From Cenococcum geophilum (Eukaryota), in NCBI GenBank assembly GCA_050273025.1, contig CP158635.1:4650001-4714000 (forward strand): a stretch of 64,000 nucleotides of DNA. The letters are read 5' to 3'. A model generated the notes under the pieces. It was not told the origin of the DNA, ran no database searches, and was given only the letters and a program-made list of their open reading frames with translations. Below, one piece after another: positions 35,253-50,500 of the stretch (positions are counted from its first letter, which is position 1; every line of letters starts with the position of its first letter). The position numbers and the translations under genes were made by a program.

Positions 35253-38200
35253 CTTCTATAAATGGGCGAATCGCTAGGATTTATTTTTGTCCTTAGCTTC
35301 TTAGCTTTTAATTAGTTAGTATACTTTACTAAGCCTTACTAGCTTACACTTTAATAAGTTGCCCTATACTATTTTATATAAGTTATATCTAAGGCTACTA
35401 TCTAGACTTAGAGAGAAAGAAAGAGGGGGATTAAGTGGGCTCTAAAAATTAAGTATTTAGTTTTAGGTGTAAATAAAGGGCTATTTTTAGCTTCTAAGAG
35501 GGTCCTAATTTTAGATATTTCAAAAGCCTAAAATTAGGTTCTTTATTTTTAGGGTTTACTTAATCCCCTAAACCTCCTCACTTCTGTCTTTAACCTTTAC
35601 TTTTCCTTTTAAGCAAATAGCGTAAAAAATCCCAATTAAGTAATAAAATTTCTATATAGCTTTCCTATCCCACTAGTAAAGTCATTAAAAAACGCCAAGC
35701 ATCTATAGTAGGGCATAGCGCTAAGTAGACTATTCCACTATAGGTTTAGTTATAATATTTATAATATTATTATTAAAAGTAATAGTAGTAATAGAAAAGA
35801 GAACTTAAACTATAAAGAATATAGCCTTAATACCTCTAAAAGGAGAACCGCTAGTTAAATAGATAGCTATAGCTAATAGCTCTAGAAATTTAGTTTTATT
35901 ATCTAAAAAGGATTTTATAGATTGAAATTAAATTTAAAACTACTACTATTATTAAATCTAGTGGTAGTAGTGGTATTTATAGACTTTAAATACTTTATAC
36001 TAGTAGAAAGTATAGTAGTCTATTTTTAGCTCGAAAAGGCTAAGAATGCGGTTATAATTTTTTATTTACTACTTATAAAAGTGCAATCCTTTAGAACTTT
36101 ATTAGCATCCCCTAATAAATTACAGAAGAGACTATACTGTATTTTGTTAGTAGGAAGTATATAGTAGCCTAAAGAAGATAAAAAGCTTATAGAGCTTGCT
36201 AAGTAATGTTAATATCCCGGCCTAAAAAATAATAGGAGTTGCACTCTCTTCTAAAAGAGATAGTATAGCCGCTATTATAGAAATGGTCTATCCTTAGCTT
36301 GGGTCTTAATTAAAGCATTAAACTAAAGCTAATATTAGTAGGATGGAATAGCGTCTAAGCTGCTTAGTACTGATAACCATTAAACTGTATATAAACTTAA
36401 TAAGACGGAATAGCCTTTATAGACGTGTCTTGGATAGATTAGCTAATTACATATTAAGCTTAATCCATTTCTGCGCACTATTAATTTTATTATATATGCT
36501 TATAAAATTTATTAATCTATAATCTTAGGAGAATATATTTAGGAGTGGCTTTAATAGTCCTAGGGTCTTATCTTACGGAATTATAGACCTATAGTAGTCG
36601 TCGCAGTTCCGTACGTAACGGTTAATATCTATAACTATTCCGGGCTAGTAGTAACGGTCACTAACAATCTTATAGGTCTTATTTTTTCTAGGGTAGGCCG
36701 TAGAGACCTAGGTATATACTTTGGCAATAAGCCGGGTTTATAAGTTCTATTCCTTTACTATTCCTAATACTTAAATAGCCCATTTTCTAGGGACTATCAG
36801 CTAGTAATATCCTTTACCGTTTTAGAGTACTCCTATAGAGAAGGGGCCGTATAGTTTACTTATAGTAGTTTATTAATAAGGTTAAATTCTATAGGGTTAA
36901 TAGGATATATCTCGGCGTTTAAAGATTTAGTACCTAGTTCTTCCTATATCTAAGGGTTAAGGTACTTTAGTTATAGTAGTATCTAGGTCCGTAGTAAGAT
37001 CTTTACGGCTATCTAGTTATTTAGGTCCTATTTACGTCTTATAAGAGCGTCTATATAGTTAGTAGCGCCTAGCCTATATATAATTAGGAAGTTAAACTAG
37101 GATAGGACCTTTATTATTATAAAATACTCTAAGGCCTTATAATCTAAAACTACCTAAATAGGCTTAGGGGCTCCTTCTAGCTAGATTTGCTAGTACTAAG
37201 AGCTAGAGATAATAGCTAGCATCTCTTTATTATGGATTAGGTAGTTTAGCTTAATATCTACTATAGTCTTTAAATAGTAGGCAATAGGGTGCTATTCTCC
37301 GTCCAGCTACTTCTAGGAGTAAATACTAGCTATTACACTATCTAAGGTATTAGTTTCTAGTATTAAGGGCCGCTCTAGGTAAAAATAGGTAAGTAGGGGA
37401 GTAGAGACTAGCCGCTTTTTAAGTTTATTAAAGGCCTACTTATATACGGTATTAAAATAGAAGGGCCGGTCCTTTCTAGTAAGGTAGGTAAGAGGTTAGG
37501 TAATCCTACTATAGTTCTTTATAAAGTATTAGTAGAAGTTATAGAAATCTAAGAATAACTATACCCCCTTTACGGTCCGTAGGGGCTCCTATTAGTTAAT
37601 TATAGCCATCTTTTCTAGGTCTGTCTTAATTCCATCTATACTAATAATAAACTCTAAGTACTTTATATGCCTAATACTAAATTCTAACCTTTTAATATTA
37701 GCCTAGAGGCTAGCTTTATAGAGCTATTATAGGACCTTATAGACGTATTCCTTATATTTTAACATATTTTTAGAGTAAATTATAATATTATCTAGGTAGG
37801 CTATATAGAAATCGTTAAGGTAGTTAAAGAGTATATTATTTATATATCGCTAATACGTAGCCGGTCCATTAGTTAGTCTAAAGGTAGTACTTTATATTTA
37901 TATATTCCGTAATAGGTCTAGAATATAGTAAGGTCTTCTAATTTAAGATCTCTCCTAATTTAGTAAAAAGCTTAATAGATATTAAGCTTTATAAAGATCT
38001 TAGCTCTACTTATTTAGGCCAAAGTCTTATTAAGTAAAGGTAGTAGGTAGCGGTCTTTAAAGGTTATATTATTAAGTGTTTATATTAATTTAATGATACA
38101 ATTGAGTCATATCCAGGGGCACGAAATACGTATAGTATCGTATGCTCTTTTGGATGGTAGTGACTGTCGATTCTATTAAGGTAGACTACGTGGCCTATAT

Positions 38201-38843
38201 ACTGACGCGCCTCCCCCTAATTAGTTAGTACCTAAGTGGTTAGTGCACCAAACGCGTAACTACGCGTTTGGTATACCACGTGCTATAATTATACACTGGC
38301 GGCACTTAAAAATGACTCGCTTGTATCTAACCTCCGTAATCGCTTTAATAGAGCCGTAAAACACAAAAGAAATACATAGGAAATCCCTCCCGAGGTGCTT
38401 TCTGGACTACCTTCTAAATAGTGTTCTAAGCTAGCCGTAAGTCCTACTTACGGTCCGTAAAATAAACCGTACGGCCTTCTAACGGGCCGTAAATGAACTA
38501 TAAGTACTCCATTAGTCTCGTTCCACCTATTCTATAACCCTTAGGTTAAGCTTATTTATGTTAATTAGGGTTTTAAGAGCTTAGTACGGCTTTGCCTTAG
38601 TTATAGCGTCTGCTAGGTTATCTTTGCTGCTGATCTATTTGATCTCTATAATCTCACGTCATTTATAGGCCTAACGTAAGCACATTAGGTCGACTATAAG
38701 CCTCTTCTCTTATATCGTACCTAGTTTAACTATACAGTTATAAAGGGACTTTAAATCGGTGTATAGAACTAGGGGTAATTTCTCTAGTTATAGGATCTTC
38801 TAGATTATTAACTTAATTACGGCTCCTATATTAAAGCCATAGG

Positions 38844-41800
38844 TGTAACGGCGCTATCGCACATTACCTGCCAAATTCTGCCATATTCTGCCAACCTATA
38901 ATTGGCTCGCCTAAAGCTAGCGCCTTGGCGGCTTACCCTATATATTTGTTTACATCAGTCCTAGCAACCTCTTTTCCTTCTCCTTAGCTTAGTATCTTTG
39001 TAATATAGCATTCGTTCAAGCTTCGGTTTAGAGGCATTTATTTAAGCCGTAATATTATACTAAGCTCGCCCTACCTTGCCTGGGAAGGCCTCAATAATAT
39101 CCCACCCCAAAGAAACTTTGTCTGCAACAACGCATCGACACGCTATACTTAGACATTAAAACAACTCTATATTACCTGGGAAGGCCTAGATAATATCCCA
39201 CCTTATAAGCTAGATAGAACTAGACCTGTACCCCTAGAATTGAAACTAAAGCGTATAATACCGACGAACCTTAGGAAGCTAACGATGGCACCTAAAGCAA
39301 GCTTATCTAAAAGAGCTGCCTCTACCTAAGAGGAACCTAAGATCCAATTAGGATCAGAAATTAAAGATAATAATAACATTATAGACGTACGCGAGTAGAT
39401 TTGTGCCCTTGCAGCTAGCTAGGAAGCTAATTGTCTTAAAGCGAGAAATATATAAGAAACCCTATAAGAGATCCTAGAAAGCCTTACAGCCTTATAAAAT
39501 AGCCCGGCTTCCCCTTCTTAAAGCCCTAGTTAACCTATTCACTCCACTAAATATAATACACTAGGGAGTACGGATATAATAATGAAGTAATTAAAGTCCG
39601 TTAAGCTCCTTAACCCCCTACCACTATCTAACGGGATAGACCCTACCTTTAAGAATTGGAGGATTTAAGTATAAGGAAAGCTCCGCGTTAACTATAACTA
39701 CTTCCTTTCTAAAGAAGCCAAAATACTCTACGTCTTTAGTTGAACCACTAGGGACGCCTAACGGCACCTTTAAGCCAAGTTTAAGGACAACTCCCCTATC
39801 TAATTTATATCTATTAATAAGATAATACGGCACCTAGCGGCTATTTACGTTAACCTAAACAAAGTACGGGATGCCCGTTATAACTATAATCGCCTAATAA
39901 TAAAACTAAACTAACCCTTTGCCGAATTCTAGATTTAATTCCTATACCTTATAGGAGAAGGCTAGGTTCCCCTTAAGAACTACTAATTAGACCTATACAA
40001 TAAGCTAATAATCCTTATATAAGAAAAGATCGCTATAACCTTAAATAACCTACTAACCTATAAAAGACTCGTAGCTTATTACCTATTATTAGACTTAGAA
40101 CTAAAGCAGATTAACGCCCGTACCCTATTGATCTTAAAGAGATTAATCTTAGTTAGTTAATGGGTGGAAAGCATTTTACGGTTCCATATATAGTATCTTA
40201 AAATGGATATAGAGTTAATATAACCGCCCTTATTAATAATAGAGCAAATAGCTTCGCCTTTATAAATACTGCCTATATAAATAATGTTACCAAGTTTCTA
40301 AATACAGAAGCTATCTGACTAGAGAAGCCTATCTAGGTAAAAGGCTATAATGGCCAAGCTGGTCAGCCTATTACCTATATCTTAAAGTTGCATATTGCTC
40401 TTAACGGACAACGCTAATATAGTATCCCCTTTTATATCCTAGACCTAGGGTCTTATAATATAATCCTTAGACGAAAATAGATGTCCTATTTTAATATTTA
40501 GTTAAACGTATAATAAAGACGGTTTGTTTAGCTAAAGGATAGACTAAGGTTGCCCTCCTTTATTAGGGAGATCTAAACCAACTATAAGACACTAGCTGCA
40601 AGGGCTAACCCTACCTACTAGTAGGATATCTAGGCCCGTGACCTAGCCTTTACCTAAGAAGACGCCCGCCGCGAAGCTAAAAAGAACTCTATACCGATAA
40701 AGATACTCTCCTAAAGCGCTACGTTTGAAAAGGACTCTATATATAGAAGTAGAACAGATAGTAACATAGACAACATCTAAATCGTACGGATCCAACCGGT
40801 ATAGAAAAGAACGTATTAATAGGATATAAGGGATGACCTCTAAAAGATATAACAGGAGCTAAAAGGAGTAATAATAACGCCAGTACCCTAGAAGTCCCTA
40901 AAGTTACGTACGCCCCTATTATTAGGCAACCCCCCTACCGTAAACATCGCTATAATTAGCGCTATAGCGTTTTACTTTAATATATACCGGAAGGACAATA
41001 AGGTCTTTATAATAAGCCTATATAAGATTAACTAAATTATTAATAATAGAGAGGAAAGGCCAGCTAAGGAAACCGATGAGGAACTAGTTAAACGCCTCCT
41101 TCCTACTATTTATATAAACTATAAGGATGTATTTTTAAAGGCGGCCTTAGATAAGTTACCCCTCTACTAGATATATAATTATAAGATTTAATTAGAAGCC
41201 AATAACTCGCTAAGCTATAGCCCCCTCTACTATCAATTAATAGATAAGCTAAAAGCAACAAAGTAGTACTTAATTAACAACCTAGATAAAGGGTTTATTA
41301 AGCCAAGTTAAGCCCCTTTTACTTCCCCTATCCTATTTGTAAAAAAGCCTAATAGAGGCCTTTATTTTTATATCAACTATTAGAAGCTAAACGCTATTAC
41401 TTAAAAGAACCGGTATCCTATTTCTTTAATTAACGAGACCCTTATACGTTTAAGCCAGGCAAAGATCTTTACTAAACTTAATATCCGCTAAGCTTTTTAC
41501 CAAATTAGGATAGATCCTATATCTAAAAATTTAACAACGTTCCGTACCTGTTATGGTTCCTATAAATATAAAGTTCTTCCTTTTAGACTAATAAACGGAC
41601 CGGCTACGTACTAAAGGTATATAAATGACGTTCTTTTTAATTACCTTAACGAATTCTATACGGTATACCTAGACGACATTCTTATATACTTAGACGATAA
41701 ACTTAAGCATTAAGTTTATATTAAAAAGGTTTTAGAGAGACTACGGAACACGGGCTTATAAGTTAATATTAAGAAATGCGAGTTTAGGGTAAAATGTATA

Positions 41801-44684
41801 AAATACCTCGGGTTTATCGTAACTATAGAAGGAATTAAGGTTAACCCTAAGAAGGTAGAGGCAATCTATAACTAGAAGCCCCCCTATATAGTAAAGGGAA
41901 TCCAGTCCTTCCTTAGTTTTTATAACTTCTACTGCCAGTTTATCTATAACTATAAAATTGCGGTAAAACCTCTTATACGACTAACTAGGAAGGATACGCC
42001 TTTTATTTTTAATAATAGCTATATAGAAGCCTTTAAAGAAATAAAGGATCGGCTTATCTCTTCCCTAATTCTTTATCACTATAACCCGGACCTTAAATTA
42101 ATGCTAGAAACGGACGCCTTTAATAGGGTTATAGCGGGAATCCTATTATAGTTACATCCAGACGGCGAATGGTACCCTATGGCTTTCTTTTTAAAGATAA
42201 TAGACCCGGCTAAGTGTAAGTATAAAGTATATAATAAAGAAATATTAGCTATTATTTAATTACTCTCCTAATAGCGCGCAGAGCTTAAAGGTACGAACTC
42301 TTAGATTAAGATATATATAGATTATAAAGCCCTAGAGTACTTTATAACTATAAAGCAGCTTATTAAATAATAAGCCTAGTGGGCTAAAATACTCTTCTAA
42401 TTCTTTTTTACGATTATATATCGTTCTAGTAAGTAAAACTCTAAGGCTGATGCCCTAACCCAAAAAGAATAAGACATAGGGCCTTAGGATAAGTTAAAGA
42501 CCCAATATCGGACGCGCGCCCTCCTCTATTTAGAATAGCTCGACCTATAGATCCTTAAGGAGCTAGACTTACAGTAAAACAAGCTAGTATTAATGGAGGA
42601 GTCCTTAGATAAGCTAATAGGGCTAATTAACCACCTCCTAACTGTAAACCGCACGGCTGATGCCTTAAGGGCTCTCCGCGAATAAGCCGCGAAAGAAGAC
42701 CCCAATTTTAAGACAAAGGAAGGATTGCTCCTATATTAGGAGCGGCTTATAGTTCCTAACATTAATAATCTACAGATTAAACTAATCCGCGAAGCTTATT
42801 GCTAAGTCTCTACGGTATACCCTAGCAAGAATAAGACCCGTAAAATTATTAACTACCGCTACTACTAGCTAAGAATGGTTGCGGATATTAATTAATATAT
42901 ATGGAACTGCGAAGACTACTAGAAAGCTATAATCCCACGGGATAAGACCCTAGGACTACTTAAGCCACTCCTAATACTAGAGCGCCCTTAGCAGTATATT
43001 TTTATAGACTTTTATAAACTACCTAGGGACCGTAACAGGTACGATATAGTTATAGTTATAGTTAACCGCTTTGGTAAACGCCCGTTCTTAATTCCCTATT
43101 ATAAGAATATTAATACCAAAGAGGCAGCCCGGCTATATATCCATTACGTCTACTAAATCTACGGACTACTAGATACTATTATATCTAATTATAGGCTATA
43201 GTTTATATTGGCCTTCTAGAATAAGTTTACCTGGATCCTAGGTATTAAGCTAAAGCTTTTTATAGCTTATTACCCCTAGACAGACGGTTAGATAGAGATT
43301 ATAAATTAGTACCTAGACTAAAGGCTTAGGCCCTTTATTAACTATTTTTAGAATAACTAGTTTGAACTACTACCCTTAATAGACTACGCGCAAGCAACCT
43401 TACCCCATAACTCTATAGGGTTTACCCTAATTTAGCTAGAAATGGGATACTTACCCTATATAAGCTTTAACTAAAAAAGGCTAGAAGAACCCTAGACTAT
43501 ATAAGAGAAGCTATTCTATGCTAAGGCCCAACAGTACGCCAAACAATTAGAGGAGGTTTAGATGGTAGCCTATAAGAACCTAAAAAAAGCCTAAAGGTTA
43601 ATAGAATAGTAGGCGAATAAACACCGTTAAGAGCCCGATTTTGCCCCTAGTAATATAGTTTGGGTTACTATAAGGAATTGGAAGACTAAATAACCTAGCT
43701 ATAAGCTGGACTACTAGATAGCAGGACCGTATAAGGTTCTTAAGAAGATAGGTAATTTATATAAGATAAAGCTCCTAAATTTAATTAGGGTTCACCCTAT
43801 TTTCTCGCTAGATAAGTTATAGAAAGCTATAAACGACCTATTGCCTAGATAAAAGAATAAGCCTCCCCTACTAGTTTAAGTAAACGGTAATAACAAATAG
43901 GAGGTTAATAAAATACTGGCCTGTAAGATAGTACGGGGAACGCTAAAATACTATATCTAATAGAAGGGCTACAATCCTAACCTAACCTAGTACCCTATAT
44001 AGAACTTTATAGGCTACCCCCAGAAGCTTAAAGAATTCTATAACTAATACCCTAATACGCCTGGACCCCTAAAGTACCTAGACGAATGGATGGAATACTA
44101 GTATAATAAAGACGATAAGTTACCGGAAGAATATAGGGACAAAAACGCCCTAAAGCCCTAATACAGCTACCTACTAAATTCTGCCATATTCTGCCGTTTT
44201 CTATTAGTACCGTAAAATTTCAGATATCTAGGAACTTTGACCGCCGGTTAAAGTTATCTAATTAGTTAGATCCGTGCTAAGACTTTTAGCGGCTATTCTT
44301 TCTGGCCTAGTGCTTCCACTTAGCCTATAATCGCCCTTTATACTTAGTCTAGACGTACTCGTATCCCCTTTATCTCCGCATCTTATATTTTTATAATCCT
44401 ATATTTATAAGCCTAGTACTACCCTATTTCTAACTAAGCCTAAGCGCAGGCTTTCTTTTAAAGAGGGGGGTGATATAACGGCGCTATCGCACGTTACCTA
44501 CCAAATTCTGCTATATTCTGCTAACCTATAATTGGCTCGCCTAAAGCTAGCGCCTTAGCGGCTTACCCTATATATTTGTTTATATCGGTCCTAGCGACCC
44601 CTTTTCCTTCTCCTTAGCTTAGTATCTTTGTAATACAGTATTCGTTCAAGCTTCGGTTTAGAGGCATTTATTCAAGCCGTAACA
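38844..44684 (+). mobile_element. Full-length chromodomain Gypsy element C (LTRs 38844-39054 and 44474-44684), RIP-inactivated
   Basis: 211-bp LTR pair, TSD ATAGG/ATATG (1 mismatch). gag-PR-RT (YLDDIL)-RH-IN-chromo order; PPT AAGAGGGGGG before the 3' LTR. Confidence 0.9.
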
Positions 44685-47560
44685 ATATGCTAGTACATAT
44701 AGTTTAGAAGCTAGTATACTGTAGGTTACTTATTTACATTTAATTAAAGACTAGTATAGTATATTTACGCCTTAATTATAGTCTATAAGTATAATTATAA
44801 AGCTAATTTATAATAATAGGTCCCTATTATTGGCAAAGGAGGCGTCCGTAAATACTAGTACGCTAAGGGAATTTAGGTCTAGTGGTATAAAAGTAAGTCC
44901 TCTTATTATATTATTAATTTGCCACTAAATACGCTTATTTAACTACTTAATATTTTCTTTTTACGGATCTATTACCTAGGCCGTAAAGGATAAATTATAG
45001 GTAGATTTAGGTTAATAGACTATAGCAATATAGGCGCCTCTTGCACGCTATGCAGCGTATTAGTCCTTTATATTTACGGTCTTATAGGTCTCTCTACAGA
45101 AACTAGTGAGGTCCGTAGGCTTTGCTATAATAAGCCTTAGGTTTTAAGCTTGGCGTTTCTAAGTTAGCTAGATTAGGTTGCCCTTTTATATAATTAAGCC
45201 TCTATTAAACTTAATTGGAGTCTACTTAGTTAACTACTCTTACGGCTTTACCAGGAACTTTACCTTTTATAGTTTAGTCTCTTTAGCGTCTATAAAAGTC
45301 CGGTTCGCTAAGAAGAGGGTATTATCTATTTAGAGTCCGATAATACTAAGGCCGTTTAATAGGGTATATAGGAGGTAGGGGTCGTAGGTTAATTGTTCTA
45401 TTTTAAGTTTACTAACGTAATACTAGTGATATATTTTGAACCAGTAGTTTCTAGCTTCCGGTACTCTATAAAGGGGTTTTATAACCTATAAAATTATTCC
45501 TAGTTATAAATTAAGCTTAAGGGGTAGTCGTATAAAGATATCTCTACTTAGGTAGGTATTAGACTGTATATAGGCTTGCGAGATGTCCCGTAAGTAAAGG
45601 GCTACGGGCTTAGTTTGCTGTAGTCTAGGCGTAAGTGTAAGTATAATCCGTTAACTAACTTGTTAAATTGTGGGCGATTGCGTAAGGACTAAGCCCTTTC
45701 CCTAGTCGTTATAGGCTTATATAACGAGCCTTAATTTCTTAAAGGCTTTATTAGTACTAGGGTACTTAATCTTATTAATAAAGCGTAAGTTAAATATACG
45801 GACGCCTTATAGAACGTCTTTCTCCATTATAATCGCAAAGACGCCCTTTTTAAGTAGTCTGTTAATCTCTTTATATCTTAAGTCCGTAAAAGGGTTTTCC
45901 TATACTAGAACTAATATATCCGTAGGCAGAGGTTACCTTATAGATGTGCTTACGGAGGTTAGGTAATTCTCTATTACGGGGTTCTTAGTTATAGGTTGCT
46001 TTTAGGGGCGTCCTTAACCACGCTTTACGGCAGGTTTAATAGGTTTAATGGGTTTCTAGGGTACTTCTAGAGTAGGTAGAGGTGCTTCTAGTTTATCTAG
46101 TTTAGTAGGTACTTCTAGTTTATCTAGTTCGACGGCATAGGTATTTTTGGACCGAAAGTAGGGTTTTACGGACATGCTTCTAAAGTTAGTTGGTCCGCTA
46201 GGAAGTTATACGCAGTATGTTTCGTCTTCTACAGCTAGTAGACGATAGGGTCCAGTCTAGTTGCCACTCTTACGCTATATAAGGACTTTAGAATTAAGCG
46301 GGAGGTTATAAACTAAGGTTATATTAGGTCTGTTACGGTAATATAGGGCGCTATTAATAGTTTATTTGGCCTATAATTTAACTATTTTAGCTATTGTCTT
46401 CTATATTATAGCTGCTTGTTCTATAATAGACGGGGTAGGAGGGCCTAGGTTACTTATCCTTAGATAGGCTCTATAAACTAAGAGGGTAAGTACTAGTCTA
46501 TTAGGGCTAGTGGTATTATTAATGGCTTTTACGGCTATCTATAAAGCCAGTTCCTTTTAGATATCCTTATACTTGTCCGTAATAATCTAGTAAGCTTTCT
46601 ATAAAGCTAGGTAAGCTCGCTTAATAAGCCTAACGGACTAGTACGCCTTAACTAGAACGGCTTTTGTTAAAATAGCTATAGCCGTAGTATATTATTGGAA
46701 TTCCTTACTAATAAAGTTCCTACTGGCGTTATAGGTGATATACTTAGGAGGTCTAAGGTATATGTTAATCCAGTAGGTCCGTAAAATATCCTAAATATGT
46801 TTTATAGATATATTTTATAACTAACGGGTGGCTTAATAGTGGGTTACCTTATTAATTATATAAAATACTAGGCTGGCGTTAATATATATAATGTCTATAT
46901 ATACTAAGTAGTTAAAGTTAAGATCCTTATAAAGGGTAAACTTAAATTAGCCTAGAAAACGTCCGTATTTCTAGTAGAAGGAGTAGCATTTAGTTAGGTG
47001 GTCAATTATCTTCCTATTAACGTTGTTATATCTAGAGCGTTTAAGGACTCTATATAGCTTTTCGGCTAATAGGTAGCTAAAACGGCGGTATAGGCGGTGG
47101 ATTTTAGTACTAGTAAGGTAGTATAGGTTATAGTTAAAAGATTCCTAAATATAGGTCTGTAAAGTCTCTCCCTATATAAGGAACGGGTGTCCGAATTATT
47201 GTATAATTAGTAGGGTAATCTTCTTACTTCTTAGGGCAGTTATAGGGCCAATTAGGGTATCCGTAATATTGTTATAGTAAACCTGTAGCCTATCTATATC
47301 TATAAGGCAGAGTAGGAAAGGGGTATCCGCTTTTACTATATGGAAGTTAACTAGGCTAATTAGAGTCTTAACTTTAACTAATCTAATTAATGCGGTTAAG
47401 CTAATGCTAAATTGGACATTTACGGCCCTAGTTTACATAGTATTAATATCTATACTATTGTTTGTGGTAGTCATATATATAAGGTATTATCCATAACCTA
47501 TAGTAGACTTCTTAGAGGTACCTATATTAATTATAACGCTATAGAATTCTTTAGGGGTAT

Positions 47561-50500
47561 TGTGAGGGGATCTTGTAGACAGGGGGCTATAAGGACACGA
47601 TTGTAGAATAGGATAGATTGGTGAGAGAGACAAATCCTTAAGGAGGTAAGGCCTCTAGGATTATAGAGACTATATACTACGGGCACGTGCCTCCGGCACA
47701 TAACTAGCGACCATTTGAGGGGCGTCCGGGGGTTGTTTTAAGGGCAACCCGAGGTGTCCGCAATAATATCCCTTACATTACCCCCCCCCTTCTTGCGGTC
47801 GGCCCCCGATCGCCATTACCTTGCAATAGGAAGATTATAAAGGCTCGTCCTAGAAGAGGTTTGGAGGGATATTGGAGAGGTGTTGGTATACCGCTGTATA
47901 TTATCTATCTATCTAACCCCTGCTTTAAACTCCTAAAAAACCTTAATAAGGAAAAAATATAACTAGAGAAAAGATGTAAGGATTGCTAAAAAACCTATTA
48001 AAAGCCTGCCGGAAGTATGCCGGTGACTACCTGGGCTGATATAAGGATTTTTATATAACTCTGCTTTTAAGCCTTTATGCCGGTCTGCAATCAATTATAA
48101 GTATTATAGGTAATTTGGTGTTCTAGTATAGTTCCGTAGAACCTATTAGTATAGGATTTAACGTATAGAGCCTTAGCTTGCCGTCGTCTTTAACTACTAA
48201 GATATGGTTTATAATTCTTTCTTATAATCCTTTTCTTATAATCCTTTGCGTCACTAACGTATTGCTCCCGCATTTACCCTTAGGCTATTAGATACAGTTA
48301 AGGTATTAATTAGTTAGTTAAAGAGACTTGTCTTTTAAGATTTAGTGTATATATTTTTAAATCTGGTGGTCCTGTGCTATATATTTGGCGTAGCTCTACT
48401 GCCTAGCAAACAGGGACATTTCGCGATAGCAATTATAGCTATTATACGATTATTAAGAACGTCTATGACGTTATTCTTTAATACTATAGTATTATTTTAG
48501 GTCTAATTTAACCCATATACGTCTTTAATTTAACATCTTAATTACCTTCCCCCGGCCACGTAGTTAGTTTTTGTAAGGAAGTAATGGTTAAATAACTTAT
48601 ACGCGTATTTCCTTCCTTCTAAATAGCGCTATTATAACGGAGTTATATCGGCAAGGTTGCGGCTATTTACTAGAAGGGTATTAGAAGGTAAAGTATAAAG
48701 ATACCTTGCTTATTAAGCTGCTCCTTTTCTTAAATACCTTACTTCTCGCCATTAACCGTCGTCTAATTTTAGACGTATCTTCAATATATCATTAAGATTT
48801 TCTTCTTTTCTATTATCAATTTAATATGCCTCTTCGTTCTCCTACTAACTACTCTTCTAAGTAGATTCTATAGCGTATCCTGGCCCTGCCTTTGCATATA
48901 GAACCCCAACCTCCGCTAACTCGCAACTAGTGCTAGTCCTACCTAAATAATTTTGCCTATATATCTTTAAAAGACCAAAAATCTAATAATAGGATTCTAG
49001 AGGCTTGTAATAAGACGCACTGCGTTAAATCTAATACCTTTAGTCCTTATAATTAATGCATGCATACTAAGAGCGGCAGTTGCGTTAAGGTAAGTTTTTC
49101 TATTTATAATAGATTTCCATTACTAACTTTAAGCTTTAATAGCCTGGGCCTAAGTGGCGACGATCCTTTAATGTCCTTAACTACTACATTGCCCGGGCTT
49201 TATCTTATTTTAGCGCTAATGCTAAACGTTTTGGTCGCATTTAAGACTATACCACAGCTATCTACACCGCCTATAATTCTTAGTAAGCTAGCTAGCAACG
49301 CCTAATACGAGAGCAAGGTTAGTATACTAAGGATAGAGTGCGGGATGGGGGTAATAAGAAGAAGGTCGCTATCTACTATAGGAAGGAGTTCGCGTATGCG
49401 CGTCAAGTTTTAAAAAAGCATAATATAATGCGGTATTAGGTAGGTTACCCTTCGGGTACCTAGCGGATAGGTAACTAACAGTTACCGTAGCAAGGTCTTG
49501 GTAGTTCTAGACTATACCAGCCAGCTAACGTCTCTGTTTATTCTGGGCTTAAGCGTGTCTTTATTAACTATAAGCTTACTCCCTAAGAGCTTCATTAGTA
49601 TTAGTTTAGACCTAATATTAGTATTAAGCGTTTAAGAGTCTCTGCTCTAGCTACACCTTATCATCCTACCCCTGTTTTTATGCCTACTTATATACCTACT
49701 AAGGCATCTAAATCCCATTCTTGTTAGCTATCACTTAATGGCCCAATAGACACTGATCCTATTCCTAATAATAATAAGGCGTAGTAGCTTTTCAGATTGG
49801 GCATTTGTGGTTTAGACTTTTAGGATTTGTTCTTATATATAGTAGCAATTGAGGACCTTAATTAGGTGCTTGGGAAGGCCTTATAAGGCTTTTAGAAAGG
49901 GCTTAGAAGCCCTAGAAACAATATTCCTGGTATAGATTAATAAATAAGAATGCAATTCTAGCAAAATGCCCTATTAACTCTATGCTATATACGTGGAAAG
50001 GCTAAGGACCTGTCCTGCCTTAGGCCGCAGCCCTATCCCTATAGTTTCCGGAGCCTATTTATTCTATATCCGATTTAACCTATTTACTCTTTTTATAAGC
50101 TTTTTTCCTAGGTTATAATAACACCGTAGTATTAGAGCGCTTTTTACAACTTATAGATTATGGACCTTAGTCCTAATATTCTTTTAAAATATCTTTATAA
50201 TAATTAAGGTAATCCTCTAGTTCCTATATAGAGTCCTTAGCGGGCCAGCCTAGCCATTTAACTTTAAATTAAAGCTTATTCTTAATAGACTTATAGCGTA
50301 ATATAGCTTTAACCTTATACCGCTCGCCTACCACCTTAAGGTATTTAATTAGGCCTAGACGGAAGTTCTTTTCCAGTAGTAGTCTATACTATAGCTCTAG
50401 TAGGTTTATATAAAACACTAAATATATATAGGCCATAAATAGGGGTAGCTAAAGACAATAGGCTAGCTTATTAATTTATTCCTTAACTTAAAAGGGACCT

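Noticed and set aside
35400..35600. Partial inverted repeat (GGGGATTAAGT..CTAAAAA)
   Set aside because: Too degenerate to define an element or a TSD.
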